This document shows, in pieces, positions 19,814 through 30,421 of a stretch of 64,000 bases of DNA. A program made the position numbers and the translations under genes. Source of the stretch: an uncultured Desulfobacter sp. (lineage in GTDB: Bacteria > Desulfobacterota > Desulfobacteria > Desulfobacterales > Desulfobacteraceae); NCBI GenBank assembly GCA_963665095.1, contig OY762069.1, forward strand, positions 5,568,001-5,632,000, read 5' to 3'. How positions within the stretch are numbered: position 1 is the stretch's first letter; each line of letters starts with the position of its first letter. The notes below the pieces were generated by a model. The model did not search any database. It was not told where the DNA came from and was given only the letters and a program-made list of their open reading frames with translations.

Positions 19814-21754
19814 CTAAGGATATACTGCAACCCCATAAATAAGAACCGGCGTTGTCTTGCCCTTCACAAGAACATGGCCACGCCGGTTTAAAAAAAACTC
19901 CTGTGGCCTGTCCAGCAGATCCGCTACATCTGATGAGACAATAATCTGCTCATTCTTCTTCTTTGTCAGGCTTTCAAGGCGTGAGGCAATATTAACGGCA
20001 TCGCCTATTACAGTCGAATCCATGCGGTCTGACGTGCCCACCGTGCCGATCACCACTTTGCCGATATGAATGCCGATACCCATCTCAAGTTTTGGCTTGT
20101 CCGTGTCGTTTGCGTTCCGGTTGAACTGCACAAGGGCCTGATGCATTTCCACTGCAGCCCTGACAGCGTTTCTGGCGCTGTGGGCAGGGGTTTTTCCATC
20201 CGAATCAAACAGCGCCATAATGGCATCTCCCAAAAACTTATCAATGAAACCATGGTTTCTGTGAATGGGTTCACTCATGGCGCTGAAAAACGAATTTAAA
20301 AAATTCAGGAGCTGTTCCGGTCTCATCTTTTCAGAAAGGGTGGTAAAGGAACGGATATCACAGAATAAAACAGCAATGGTGTCATTTTCAGCATTTCCCA
20401 CTGCAATGCTTCGGATGCCTTTTTTTGCAATGTGGTCCAAAAACCGGGATGGCACAAATTTTTTAAACGCAGTAACCAGCCCTTCAATTTTATTATAGTA
20501 TCGGGAATATTGTATGGCCATCACAAGAGCCTGGCTAAGAATCATAACCAAAAGACCCAGTGGCATGTAGTTGCCGGTTTTAATCACTTCATCAGAATAA
20601 AGGATATCGTTTACAACACTGGCGGAAAACACAGTGAAGCCGAATAGAATGAATCCTGAACCACTCCGGCGCCGAACCGTTGCCTGGACCAGACGGATCA
20701 GCGTGTAGATGCAGTACCCCATTGCAATGAATTTAAACGAGGGCGTAAAAATCCAGAAAATTTTTACGGGAAGAAAACAAACCGGAATGGCGTAAATCAG
20801 CCCCAGCACGGCTGCTACTCCAAGAAATCGTTTTGAAAACTCTTTTGGAAAAACAGATGCCAGAAAACCTGCAAAAGCCGGCAGCAGCAGATACAGGCAA
20901 AGGATCATGATTTTTCGTAAAACCTGCCAGGAAAAATCAGGATAAACCTGTGTGACAAGGGTTAAATCCGTGGTCAGATTCCTTAGCGAAATCAAAAGGC
21001 AAATCAGGAAAAAGTACAGATGAGACAGGTTTGTGCGCCGGAAATAAAACAGCAGGAAATGGTACCCGCCCATGGTGAGAATACTTCCGATTACCAGCAG
21101 CGTGATGCCGTTGACAAAGGCGTGATGCCTGCGGATCTCTTTTTCATTTCCCAGTTTTATTGACCGGACAATACCGCCGTCGGCATGGCTGAAATTGGAC
21201 ACCTGAACAAGGATGTCACACTTTTTATGCGCTGGCCTGAAGGAGATAACCCGGCTTAGGCTCTGAGGCGTTGCCCTGTCCGGCCGGGTACCGACAATGC
21301 CGTTCCCGCCGACGGACTTTCCGTCTATCCACATTCTGTAGGCGGTTGACATATATAGAATGCTCAACGCCAGGGAGTGATCGGTGGCCGGCAGAATCAG
21401 CTGCAGTCGGTAGGTTGCGTAGCCGCAGCTGTCAAACCGCTTGCCAGGGGCCTGGTTGTGCCGGGTCCAGGACTGAGGCACCGGGATATATCCCGTCTGC
21501 CTGGGCAGAGGCGCAGATGAAAAATCCTTTGGTGTCAGAAGCGTTTGCCAGTAGAACTGCCAGTCCCCATCCAGGTTGATAAAGTCTGTTTTTTCAAAAT
21601 TTATTCCGGAAAGATCCAGTACCCCGTTGGCAGCCTTTGGTTTCGCTACCGGCATTCGGGCCGTTGCGAAGCCCTGGGAAGGGATTATTACGGCGATTAC
21701 CATAATCCATGGAAAAATGGTTTTTCGCCATACCATGTTTAATAGCCGTGTCAT
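19814..21754 (-). CDS. 7TM-DISM-type sensor adenylate/guanylate cyclase
   Basis: LDGDWQFYW/GYATYRL extracellular domain, 7 hydrophobic helices, FCDIRSFT, DKFLGDAIMALF, TVIGDAVNIASRLE. Confidence 0.9.
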   Translation of the reverse strand: MTRLLNMVWRKTIFPWIMVIAVIIPSQGFATARMPVAKPKAANGVLDLSGINFEKTDFINLDGDWQFYWQTLLTPKDFSSAPLPRQTGYIPVPQSWTRHNQAPGKRFDSCGYATYRLQLILPATDHSLALSILYMSTAYRMWIDGKSVGGNGIVGTRPDRATPQSLSRVISFRPAHKKCDILVQVSNFSHADGGIVRSIKLGNEKEIRRHHAFVNGITLLVIGSILTMGGYHFLLFYFRRTNLSHLYFFLICLLISLRNLTTDLTLVTQVYPDFSWQVLRKIMILCLYLLLPAFAGFLASVFPKEFSKRFLGVAAVLGLIYAIPVCFLPVKIFWIFTPSFKFIAMGYCIYTLIRLVQATVRRRSGSGFILFGFTVFSASVVNDILYSDEVIKTGNYMPLGLLVMILSQALVMAIQYSRYYNKIEGLVTAFKKFVPSRFLDHIAKKGIRSIAVGNAENDTIAVLFCDIRSFTTLSEKMRPEQLLNFLNSFFSAMSEPIHRNHGFIDKFLGDAIMALFDSDGKTPAHSARNAVRAAVEMHQALVQFNRNANDTDKPKLEMGIGIHIGKVVIGTVGTSDRMDSTVIGDAVNIASRLESLTKKKNEQIIVSSDVADLLDRPQEFFLNRRGHVLVKGKTTPVLIYGVAVYP

Positions 21755-21890
21755 AGCTCTCGCCCATTGCCGGAGTTGTCAATTGTACATGGATAAATTT
21801 ATGAGAATTCAAAAGGTTACCCGATTCCTTCATATAAAACAAATGATCAAAAAGATAAAGGAAATTAAAAAGACCGGTTATTGAAGGATG

Positions 21891-23818
21891 CTAACTTAAG
21901 AAGGAGAGAACCGGCAGGTGGTATTTCCCTTGCTCTGTCAGGGAGAGCCAGCGAATCTGCAGGGAGATATCGACAAAACACAAAGGAAGGATCTCTTCAT
22001 GAATCTGGGCCATGACATCCTGGAAATTGACCAGATCTCTCCCACAGCCGGGAATAAGGATGCCGTCAAGGTGAGCCAGATCATCCAAAGCCGACAGCCC
22101 CGGTAGACTGCCATGAGTCCAGAGCAGTACCTGGCGCTGCATGGGACCCTGGAAAAATGAATCGGTTTCGCCAGATACCAGGGTAAAAAGAATACTGCGG
22201 TTTCCCGGTTCCGGATAGAGATACTGCTGGTCCAGGTCCAGAAAATGGGGGCGCTTGTGGGCAGTCGCTCTTTCAATGGCCATGGTGTCGGGCAGGAACC
22301 CGGGTGTCAAAAAGACAAGTTCCAGGGGGACAAAGGGATTTTTTTCTGAAATAACGGCTGTGACCCGATTCATATATGTCTGGTCCAGGGCACTGCCTGA
22401 AAAAAAGATCTGGAACGGGGAGGAAATTCGGTCGGCAAGATTCCGGATCTCTATCAGGGGGCGAATGGTGTCGAGCATCAGTTTGGCCAGAAGTGGCCGG
22501 CCGCCACAGGCGATGTAATGATCTTTTACAGTTGGAGATGCTTTCTTATTGCCCTGAAAGGAGATCTCAAGGTCCGGAAAAGGCAGAAACGCCCGCTCAA
22601 ATGCCTCCTCGGCAAAATCCAGGGCCGCTTCCATATCGGGACGCGAAAATCCAGGGGTTTCAATTACCGGATAGGGGGGAAAGGGGTTAAAGATCAGGCC
22701 CAGTTTCCCGGCGTTTTTGCGAAATGCGGTTCCCGGCAGTACCAGAAGCGGGATACCTGGACGTTCTCCTCCAGCCCCTGGTCCAGTAGAAAATCCACGC
22801 TTTCAATAAATCCCTGGACCGTATCTCCGGGCAGGCCGAAGATCAAATCAATGGTCACGGTGATATCCCGCTCCTGCAGGGCTTTTGCCCCTGTCACAAA
22901 TCGTTTGAGATCCGTGGGACGGTTCATGATTTTTAAAGCTGCCGGGTTGGTGCTCTGCAGTCCCACTTCAAACTGGGTAAAGCCGGCCCGGGCATACAGG
23001 TCTGCCAGTTCGCCGGTGATGGACTCCGCCCGGATTTCGCTGATGATGGGAATTTTTTTAGATTTGTTCAAAGCCTCAATATCACTCAGCAGGCCCTTCA
23101 GACCTGGCCGGGCATTCAGGGAGGGGTCCATCAGATAGATCTCCTGGCCCCCATTGTCAAGGGCCCAGGCAATACCGTCCAGAACCTGCCGGCTGTCGGC
23201 AACATTCCTTTTTTTTCTGGCCTTGGAATAGTAGCAGAATCCGCATTGATACGGGCATCCCCGCTGGGTTTCCAGCAGCATGACGTGCCCGGGACCAAAA
23301 TCCAGATGACCCTTGACATAGGGAGAGCCCAGGGCAAGCATGGAGGCTTGGCCGGAACCACTATGGCACCGCACATCAGAGCATGTTGAGCCGCTGCAGG
23401 TATTAACCCACAACGACCTGTCCGCCAATATCTGCCGGAACAGGGTCTCCCCTTCTCCTATGATCAGGAAATCAATAAAATCCGGAAAATCCGTCAGGGT
23501 ATCTTCGGTCACCTGGGGGCCGCCGAAAATTAGTTTTGCACCGGTCTTCTCTTTAATCTGCCGGGCCAGAAACGCCGATCTTTCCATGTTCCAGGCAAAC
23601 ACTGTAAATCCCACAAGATCCGGGCAAAAGGCACAGACATCCTGAACCACGGCCTGGTCGCCTGCCCAGGATACAGCCTGTTCAGGCATGAGCGTCACTT
23701 CCCAGCCGGCGATCCCATCAGCGGCCTGCTTCAGGCAGGCCCCGGCCAGAGGTATGTTGCCGGTGTTAAGACCCTGGTTGAGTCTGGGAATGGGCAGTTG
23801 CAGCAGTAATGCTTTCAT
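21891..23818 (-). pseudogene. Cobalamin-binding radical SAM protein split by a 1-nt deletion at ~22753
   Basis: ETQRGCPYQCGFCYY and DLIFGLPG motifs. Adding one T in gta-t(t)c-ccg restores NVQVFPLLVLPGTAF...RPDMEAALDF and joins ORFs 22694..23818 and 21891..22634. Confidence 0.85.
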
Positions 23819-23914
23819 GAAGACAATAAAACCACAAAATAAGAGGAATTACCACGGCTGATTAGTCCCGGCACAACACATCGAATGACGTGGCAAAGGC
23901 GGATTAAAGCCCGG

Positions 23915-23946
23915 ACCAATCAAACCCCGCACCAATCAAACCCCGC
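23915..23946 (+). repeat. 16-bp tandem duplication
   Basis: accaatcaaaccccgc x2. Confidence 0.85.
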
Positions 23947-23975
23947 ACCCCTGTCGCGCCTGGGGCACTATAATT

Positions 23976-24019
23976 AAAGCCGGCGCCATTCCGGGAGGGC
24001 CCGGAATGGCGCCGGCTTT
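23976..24019. terminator. Rho-independent terminator with a 20-bp perfect stem
   Basis: aaagccggcgccattccggg-aggg-cccggaatggcgccggcttt, downstream of the minus-strand oxidase gene. Confidence 0.85.
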
Positions 24020-24076
24020 TACGTCAAATGTACCGCAATATTGCCCGTTTATCTAAACAACTATATGAAGCTGTGG

Positions 24077-25366
24077 TTAGAAGATCGGCGTTCTGCGCTG
24101 GGCAAAGTGGTAAAGTCTGGACCCGGCCTCATAAAACAACCCCCGCAGGGCTCTGAAGCTGACCGGGGTGATGGGGGATACCGGCAACGGAATATCATCG
24201 CTGGTGCCGCCACTCATGTATTTGGCCATGAGTTTGCCAAATACGGTTCCAGGCCCGATGCCGCGGCCGTTGTAACAGGTGACCATGGCCATGCTGTCAT
24301 CCATGACGTGGAACCGGGGAATATGGTCCGTGGTCATGGCAATCCGGCCGTACCAGGCATGCTCCAGCTCAATATCGCCGATCTGGGGGAAAACCTTGTT
24401 CAGGGTACGTTTTACCCAGGACCTGTTAATGTCCATGGAAAACCCTTCAAGATTTCCCACGCTGCCCACAGCCAGACGCCCGTTTTTATCCAGACGGAAG
24501 GAGGAGAGAATCAGGTTGGTGTCCCAGATCCCGTTTTTCCCGGGCAGCACGGTTTTCAGGGTATCAGAAGGGATGGGAGCTGTGGCAAACTGAAAATAGT
24601 TAAAGGGGACCAGATTGTTTATAAAGCTGCCAAATGCCCTTTCCGGATATCCCATGACAGCCACGATCACCTTTTTGGCCTTCACCTGCCCTGCCGGCGT
24701 TTTCAGGGTATAGCCGGAAGCGGTTTTTTCAAATCCGATCACAGGCGAATTGTTGTACAGCTCTGCACCTTCCTTTAAAGCGGCATTGGCCAGGCCAAAG
24801 GCATAGGCCAGCGGTTGAATGGTACCGGCCCGTTCGTCCAGCAGGGCCCCGCGATAGGCTTTTGTACCCAGATGGGCAGCTGCCTCGTCCTTTTCAAGCA
24901 GACGGACTGGGGCACCGACCTTCTGCCACTGGCGCTCCCGTTCCTTCAAAGCGTTGTACCCTGCGCCTGAATCAGCGCAGTGAAGGGTGCCGTAAGGCCA
25001 TGCTTCACAATCCATGCCGTATTTCTCCACCAGGCTGTAAACCAGCTGGGGAGAGGCACCGAGCACATCAATCAGCTCCTGACCGTGTTTGTCTCCCACC
25101 AGTTTAATCACGTCTTCAGGCATGAGCCACAGGCCTGCGTTCACCAGGCCTACATTCCTGCCGGCACCGCCAAAGCCCACATCCTTTGCTTCCAGCATGA
25201 TGCATGAATGGCCGTCAAGGGCCAGATGAAGTGCTGCTGACAGCCCGGTGAATCCGCCGCCGATAATGGCAACGTCTGTTTCCTTTTCGCCCTGGAATAC
25301 ACTCAGGGCCGGTTTATCTTTGGCTGTGGTCCGCCAAAGACCATGTGTCATTTCTGTATAAGTCAT
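24077..25366 (-). CDS. FAD-dependent oxidoreductase, DAO family, L-pipecolate oxidase (AmaA)-like
   Basis: IIGGGFTGLSAA, GGAGRNVGLVNAG, AGTIQPLAY, YNGRGIGPGTVFG. Start set at ATG 25366 after RBS aggagg. Confidence 0.82.
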   Translation of the reverse strand: MTYTEMTHGLWRTTAKDKPALSVFQGEKETDVAIIGGGFTGLSAALHLALDGHSCIMLEAKDVGFGGAGRNVGLVNAGLWLMPEDVIKLVGDKHGQELIDVLGASPQLVYSLVEKYGMDCEAWPYGTLHCADSGAGYNALKERERQWQKVGAPVRLLEKDEAAAHLGTKAYRGALLDERAGTIQPLAYAFGLANAALKEGAELYNNSPVIGFEKTASGYTLKTPAGQVKAKKVIVAVMGYPERAFGSFINNLVPFNYFQFATAPIPSDTLKTVLPGKNGIWDTNLILSSFRLDKNGRLAVGSVGNLEGFSMDINRSWVKRTLNKVFPQIGDIELEHAWYGRIAMTTDHIPRFHVMDDSMAMVTCYNGRGIGPGTVFGKLMAKYMSGGTSDDIPLPVSPITPVSFRALRGLFYEAGSRLYHFAQRRTPIF

Positions 25367-25419
25367 GTTACCTCCTGTTATCGCACCAAAACAACGCGTC
25401 TCAAAAATTGATATTTTAC

Positions 25420-25531
25420 TGGTATACCAAAAAAATATTAGTGTCAAGCATTTGAAAGAAAACTTGATATAATTTTTTTAGCAGCCAGGTCGCTTGCATT
25501 GATCCTTAGCTTGTATTATTAAGGTATACCA
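25420..25531. promoter_or_regulatory. Two GntR/FadR-type palindromic operators in the divergent promoter
   Basis: tggtatacca at 25420-25429 and ggtatacc(a) at 25523-25531. Confidence 0.65.
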
Positions 25532-25561
25532 ATAAATCATGCAATGAAACGGAACTCATAA

Positions 25562-26218
25562 ATGAATCAGGATATCTACAACACCTTAAGGGATCGGATT
25601 ATTCACCTGGACCATGAGCCGGGTACCATACTCAAAGAGCAGGAACTGGCCGCGGAATTCGGCGTCAGCCGGACCCCTTTGCGCACGGTGCTGTTTCGTC
25701 TGGAATGGGAGCACCTGGTTAAAATTCTGCCAAGAACCGGCATCTTTGTCATGGAGCTGGAACTGGGCACCATCACCAATGTATTCCAGGCCCGCCTGGA
25801 ACTGGAAGCCGTAATCGGTACCATGGCGGCCACCCGGATATCGACAACTCAGATCCAGCGGTTTAAAGATCTTGAAGCAGCCTGCAGTGCGTTAAAGGGG
25901 GAAAAAAATCCTAAAAAACTGTCATCCCTGGACATGGAGAACAAACAGATCTTCCACCAGGCGGCCGGCAACCCCTTTCTGACTGAAATGTCCGACCGCC
26001 TCTATGCCCTGACCTACCGCCTTTGGTATTTCAACCTGCTCAAAATGGATGCGGCCAACTGGGACAGTGAGGTTGAGGCTGTGCGTGAGGACCTGGTCAT
26101 TCTGTCCCAATGCTTTTCAACAGGTAACCCTGAAGCCGTAGGTCAGGCCAGGAAAGACCAGCTGCTGAAACATCTGGAGCGTATTCGCTCATCATTCCTG
26201 GGCCTGTCAGGCTTATAA
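25562..26218 (+). CDS. GntR-family (FCD) regulator
   Basis: LKEQELAAEFGVSRTPLR HTH. Confidence 0.92.
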   Translation: MNQDIYNTLRDRIIHLDHEPGTILKEQELAAEFGVSRTPLRTVLFRLEWEHLVKILPRTGIFVMELELGTITNVFQARLELEAVIGTMAATRISTTQIQRFKDLEAACSALKGEKNPKKLSSLDMENKQIFHQAAGNPFLTEMSDRLYALTYRLWYFNLLKMDAANWDSEVEAVREDLVILSQCFSTGNPEAVGQARKDQLLKHLERIRSSFLGLSGL

Positions 26219-26225
26219 CCGGGAT

Positions 26226-27002
26226 TTATTTTTTCTTCTGCGCCATGGTTGCCTGAACAAAAGAGAGCGTTGCCTTGACATCGGGATTGAGCAGGGCGCT
26301 GACCATGGTGGTCTGCCAGTTCTCCTTTTTCAGGCGCTGTCGCATACGGCTGGCGGCCGCAAGCTTCAACTCTTTTTTAATCTGGATAAACGGCCGGTTG
26401 GGCGTATCAATCCACAGGGAGACAAGCGCTTTGGCCCGATCCAGAAGTCGATCTGCCTCTGTTAGTTCGTCCACCATCTTTATATCCAGGGCCTTTTCAG
26501 GAGAGATCATCTCACCGAAATACATCACATTCTGAAAGGTCTTGTCAGAGTCAAGTCCAAACCGCACCACACTGGATTCAGCGATGGACAGGGCCAGCCC
26601 GATTTTAATTTCACTCATGCCCAGTTTGATTTTGGGATGGTTGACGGCAATACGGTAATCCGAGGCCAGGGCAAGGATCAGCCCCATGGCGGCGCAGTGG
26701 CCGTTGATGGCGCTGATGACCGGCTTGTCACAGGTGAAAAAATCCACAAGGATCTCTTCTTCCTGCTCAAAAAAATTAATTACGTCCTGATCGGTTTCAA
26801 AACTTAAAAACATGGGCAGGCTGAATCCGCTGGAGAAAAACCGGCCCTCACCGGTGAGAACCAGCCCCTTGATCTCATCCCTTCCGTTGACCTCATCAAC
26901 GATCTCTTTGAGGCTGAGTAGTGTTTCCAAGGTTACCGCATTCGTGGCCCCATCCGACAGGGTGGCAATAATAATATTGTCCTGAATCTCTTTTTTCAGC
27001 AT
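26226..27002 (-). CDS. Enoyl-CoA hydratase/isomerase family protein
   Basis: GRFFSSGFSL, KPVISAINGHCAAMG, LGMSEIKIG. Likely start MLKKE at 27002. Confidence 0.88.
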   Translation of the reverse strand: MLKKEIQDNIIIATLSDGATNAVTLETLLSLKEIVDEVNGRDEIKGLVLTGEGRFFSSGFSLPMFLSFETDQDVINFFEQEEEILVDFFTCDKPVISAINGHCAAMGLILALASDYRIAVNHPKIKLGMSEIKIGLALSIAESSVVRFGLDSDKTFQNVMYFGEMISPEKALDIKMVDELTEADRLLDRAKALVSLWIDTPNRPFIQIKKELKLAAASRMRQRLKKENWQTTMVSALLNPDVKATLSFVQATMAQKKK

Positions 27003-27328
27003 GAATCTGTCCTCATATTCTAAAGGGTTGTCATCCGTGCCTTTGTTTTCAAAAACCTTTGCCCTGTAAAAAATAAAATCAGGCAAAAGGCGACGGCACG
27101 TTCTTTTCATCGGCAACCACTGTTCTTATCCCATTCCCATGGTCAGTGCAAGAAATATGCATTATAACCATCTGAAATGAAGGTAGAAAAATTTCTTGAC
27201 AAGTCTCAAAATACCCGGATATATTATTGTCAGTCATCCGGCCGACTCATACTTTTCTCAGACCGGTGATGCACGCCAACGCAAAAGCACCACATGAGCT
27301 AACACGCTTTAAAGAGCAGGAGAACACC

Positions 27329-27859
27329 ATGGAATCTTTTGTACAGATCAAACCGGGCAAGCGATATCTGACACGCGCCTATCTGTCTGTCATGCTCTGG
27401 TTCGTAGGTAAGGCCATCCAGGCGGCCGCCAGGGCAGACAAGGAAGTGGCAGACGAATTTTCCACCATGCCTGACGGGTATACTTTCAGTTTAGGTGCCT
27501 ACCCAAACGGTCCCTATATGGTGGTGGGAAAAAATGACAAAGGACGGGTCAGGTATCTTGGTTCCAACATTGACAGGCAGCCGGTCCACCTGCAGATGAC
27601 CCTGAAAAGCACAGGCCACCTGTTCACGCTGTTTACCTTCCGGGAAAGCACACCCACGGCCAATGCCAGGGACCGGCTCTTTGTTCTCGGTGATGTGCCC
27701 CATGCCTGCACAGTGACCCGGATATTGAATATCGTCCAGGTATACCTTCTGGCAAAACCTGTTGCCAAACTGGCAATTAAGCGCTATCCGGACTGGCCTT
27801 TGTCCCGCCACATTTTTACCCGGGCTATGGTGCTGACAAGAACCGTTACAGGTATCTAA
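27329..27859 (+). CDS. Hypothetical protein, possibly SCP2-like, first gene of the ADH/AOR operon
   Basis: ORF with RBS aggag before ATG 27329. Confidence 0.6.
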   Translation: MESFVQIKPGKRYLTRAYLSVMLWFVGKAIQAAARADKEVADEFSTMPDGYTFSLGAYPNGPYMVVGKNDKGRVRYLGSNIDRQPVHLQMTLKSTGHLFTLFTFRESTPTANARDRLFVLGDVPHACTVTRILNIVQVYLLAKPVAKLAIKRYPDWPLSRHIFTRAMVLTRTVTGI

Positions 27860-27903
27860 CTTTGCCGTTTCTTTCACATTAATTAAAAGGAAAGGCTGTC
27901 TAC

Positions 27904-29151
27904 ATGAACTCTTTTACTTTTTTATGCCGGACAAAAACCTGTTTCGGCCTCAACGCCCTTGAAAATATGCCCTTTGACCTGGCCGCCATGGGGTGCCGGA
28001 AACCCATGATTATCCAGGACAGATCAGCCCGTTTATCCGGTGCCGCCAAAACTATTGCCCGGGCATTCAGGGATTCGGCAATGACCCTGGGTATCAGTCC
28101 TCCCATACCGGAACCGGATGACAACCAGGATAATGACCTGCATGTCCAGTTCGTTAAAACAGCGCATGCAGCTTTTTCCGATCAGGGACACGACTCATTG
28201 ATCGCGTTAGGCGGCGCACAAACCGCACAAACGGCAAAAGCCCTGAACATGGCAATCACCCTGGGACCGCAGTCTTTAACAAAAGACACGGTGCACAACC
28301 GTTTATCTCCACTGGTATTTATTCCCCAGTCCGCTGCTGCCGGCCTTGCATCAACCGGCCGGATGCAGTTTAACAACAGGACTTTTCAGTCAGATTTTCT
28401 GGCTCCGGACCAGGTGATCATGGCGCCGGAACTGCTCATTCCTGAGGAAGACGACAGCCTGATTGACACGGCCCTTTTCTGCCTGGCCAAAGGTGCGGAG
28501 GTCCTGACTCTGTCTGCCAATCCCCTGGCATCGGCCTATGCACAGATCGTTGTCAGTCTGGCGGACCAGGTACTGAAAGGCATTTTAACAGCCGATCCAG
28601 GCAAAGTGCCTGGGACGGGCACGCTTAAAAAACAGGCCCTTACCCGGCAAAAGGCGCTTGTCCAGGCAGCGGTTATGGCCGGTTACCTTGACCGGCTGCC
28701 ATCACCACTGACCGCAATGGGAAAAATACTGAAGAAGAAAGCAGGGATATCCCCGGGCCAGGCCATGTGTCTTGTTCTGCCGGCCCTGCTGGAAACGGCA
28801 GCCGTCGGAGACGGAACCGGGGCACTGAACACAGCCCTGGAAGGCAGCACCTCTCCTGATTTTGATTCACTGTGGCTGGCCCTGGCAGGTTCCCGGAGCT
28901 TTGGTGAAGCCCCGGCTGTCCAGCGGCCATATGCCGCAATTCAGGCCATTCGGCAAATGCTTAACCGCCTGTATGGTTTTTCTTTGGGAAAGCGACCCAG
29001 ATCCCTTGCCGAAGCCGGATGGGAGGAATCGTCGTTGGTCCTGGCCTCAAAGGAATTATCGGAAAACAGTACATTTGCCGGTATGGATAGACCCTGGATT
29101 GAAACCCTATTTACCTTTGCCCTGACAGGGCGGCCCGTGGCAGGCATATAA
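27904..29151 (+). CDS. Degenerate iron-containing alcohol dehydrogenase paralog
   Basis: Fe-ADH-like N-terminus, but ALGGAQTAQTAK replaces GGGSxxD and the metal-binding His motifs are not visible. Confidence 0.7.
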   Translation: MNSFTFLCRTKTCFGLNALENMPFDLAAMGCRKPMIIQDRSARLSGAAKTIARAFRDSAMTLGISPPIPEPDDNQDNDLHVQFVKTAHAAFSDQGHDSLIALGGAQTAQTAKALNMAITLGPQSLTKDTVHNRLSPLVFIPQSAAAGLASTGRMQFNNRTFQSDFLAPDQVIMAPELLIPEEDDSLIDTALFCLAKGAEVLTLSANPLASAYAQIVVSLADQVLKGILTADPGKVPGTGTLKKQALTRQKALVQAAVMAGYLDRLPSPLTAMGKILKKKAGISPGQAMCLVLPALLETAAVGDGTGALNTALEGSTSPDFDSLWLALAGSRSFGEAPAVQRPYAAIQAIRQMLNRLYGFSLGKRPRSLAEAGWEESSLVLASKELSENSTFAGMDRPWIETLFTFALTGRPVAGI

Positions 29152-29161
29152 AGGAGGCGCC

Positions 29162-30409
29162 ATGTATATTCCAGATTATTATGAATTCTGCTGCCGGGTC
29201 AACATTGTGGCCGGCCCCAGTGCCCTGGAACAGATCCCGGAGCTTCTTTCCGCCATGAAGGCCAAAACCCCTATGATCATCACGGATAAAGGGGTTATGG
29301 GTGCAGGGCTGGTGGATATTGTCACCCAGGCCTTAGGAAATGACGTAAAAATCGGCGCCATTGAAAGCGATGTGCCGCCGGATTCCGACGTAAAGCTGGT
29401 GGGCCGGCTGGCCAGTGTATACCGGGACAAGGGTTGTGATGCCATCATTGCCGTGGGCGGTGGCTCTGTTCTCGATACCGCCAAGGGCACCAATATCCTG
29501 GTGTCTGAAAACAGTGACGACCTGTTTGAATTCACCGGAGCGGGCCGGCTGACGCGCCCGTTGCGGCCGTTAATCGCCATTCCCACCACAGCGGGCACCG
29601 GCTCTGAAGTGACGCTGGTGGCGGTGATTGCCGACCACGGAAAAAACCGGAAAATGCTGTTCACCTCCTATGTTCTGCTGCCGGATGCCGCTGTGGTGGA
29701 TCCGCGCATGACCCTGACCCTTCCGCCCCATATCACGGCAGCCACGGCCATGGATGCCATGTCCCATGCGGTGGAGGCAAAGGTGATGCTCGGGGCCAAT
29801 CCTATAAGCAATGCCCATGCTCACAAGGCCATCTCCCTGATCAGCCGCTACCTGCCTTCCGTGCTTGAAAATCCGTCTGACAGCCAGGGACGTCTGGCAC
29901 TTGCCACGGCGGCCACCATGGCTGGCATGGCCTTTTCCAATGCCATGGTTGGCATGGTCCACGCGTTAGGTCACTCTGTGGGCGGGGTCTGCCATGTACC
30001 CCACGGCACCTGCATGGCCATTTTTCTGCCCTACGGTCTTGAATACAACCTGCACAAGGCAAAGGACCGTATCGCCGACCTGCTCTTCTACCTGGCCGGC
30101 CCGGATACCTTTACAGCCACCCCGCCGCAGGAGCGGGCAAAGGCCGCCATTAACTGGATACGCAAATTTAATCTGAAACTGAAGCACGCCACAGAGGGGC
30201 GACATGCCGTCTGCCTTAAAGAACTTCACACGCCCGACGGAACCCCTATGGTTCCTGAAGACCGATTACCTGACATTGCACGAATCGCCCAGGGCGACGG
30301 CGCGATTTTTTATAATCCCGAAGAGATGGATTATGATGATTTACTCATGGTGGCTACGGCAGCCTGGGAAGGGGTCCCACTGGATCTTTCAAAGATAAAA
30401 AAAGGATAG
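29162..30409 (+). CDS. Iron-containing alcohol dehydrogenase
   Basis: AVGGGSVLDTAK, IPTTAGTGSEVT, DAMSHAVE, HALGH, PHG. Confidence 0.95.
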   Translation: MYIPDYYEFCCRVNIVAGPSALEQIPELLSAMKAKTPMIITDKGVMGAGLVDIVTQALGNDVKIGAIESDVPPDSDVKLVGRLASVYRDKGCDAIIAVGGGSVLDTAKGTNILVSENSDDLFEFTGAGRLTRPLRPLIAIPTTAGTGSEVTLVAVIADHGKNRKMLFTSYVLLPDAAVVDPRMTLTLPPHITAATAMDAMSHAVEAKVMLGANPISNAHAHKAISLISRYLPSVLENPSDSQGRLALATAATMAGMAFSNAMVGMVHALGHSVGGVCHVPHGTCMAIFLPYGLEYNLHKAKDRIADLLFYLAGPDTFTATPPQERAKAAINWIRKFNLKLKHATEGRHAVCLKELHTPDGTPMVPEDRLPDIARIAQGDGAIFYNPEEMDYDDLLMVATAAWEGVPLDLSKIKKG

Positions 30410-30421
30410 ACAGGAGGTCGG

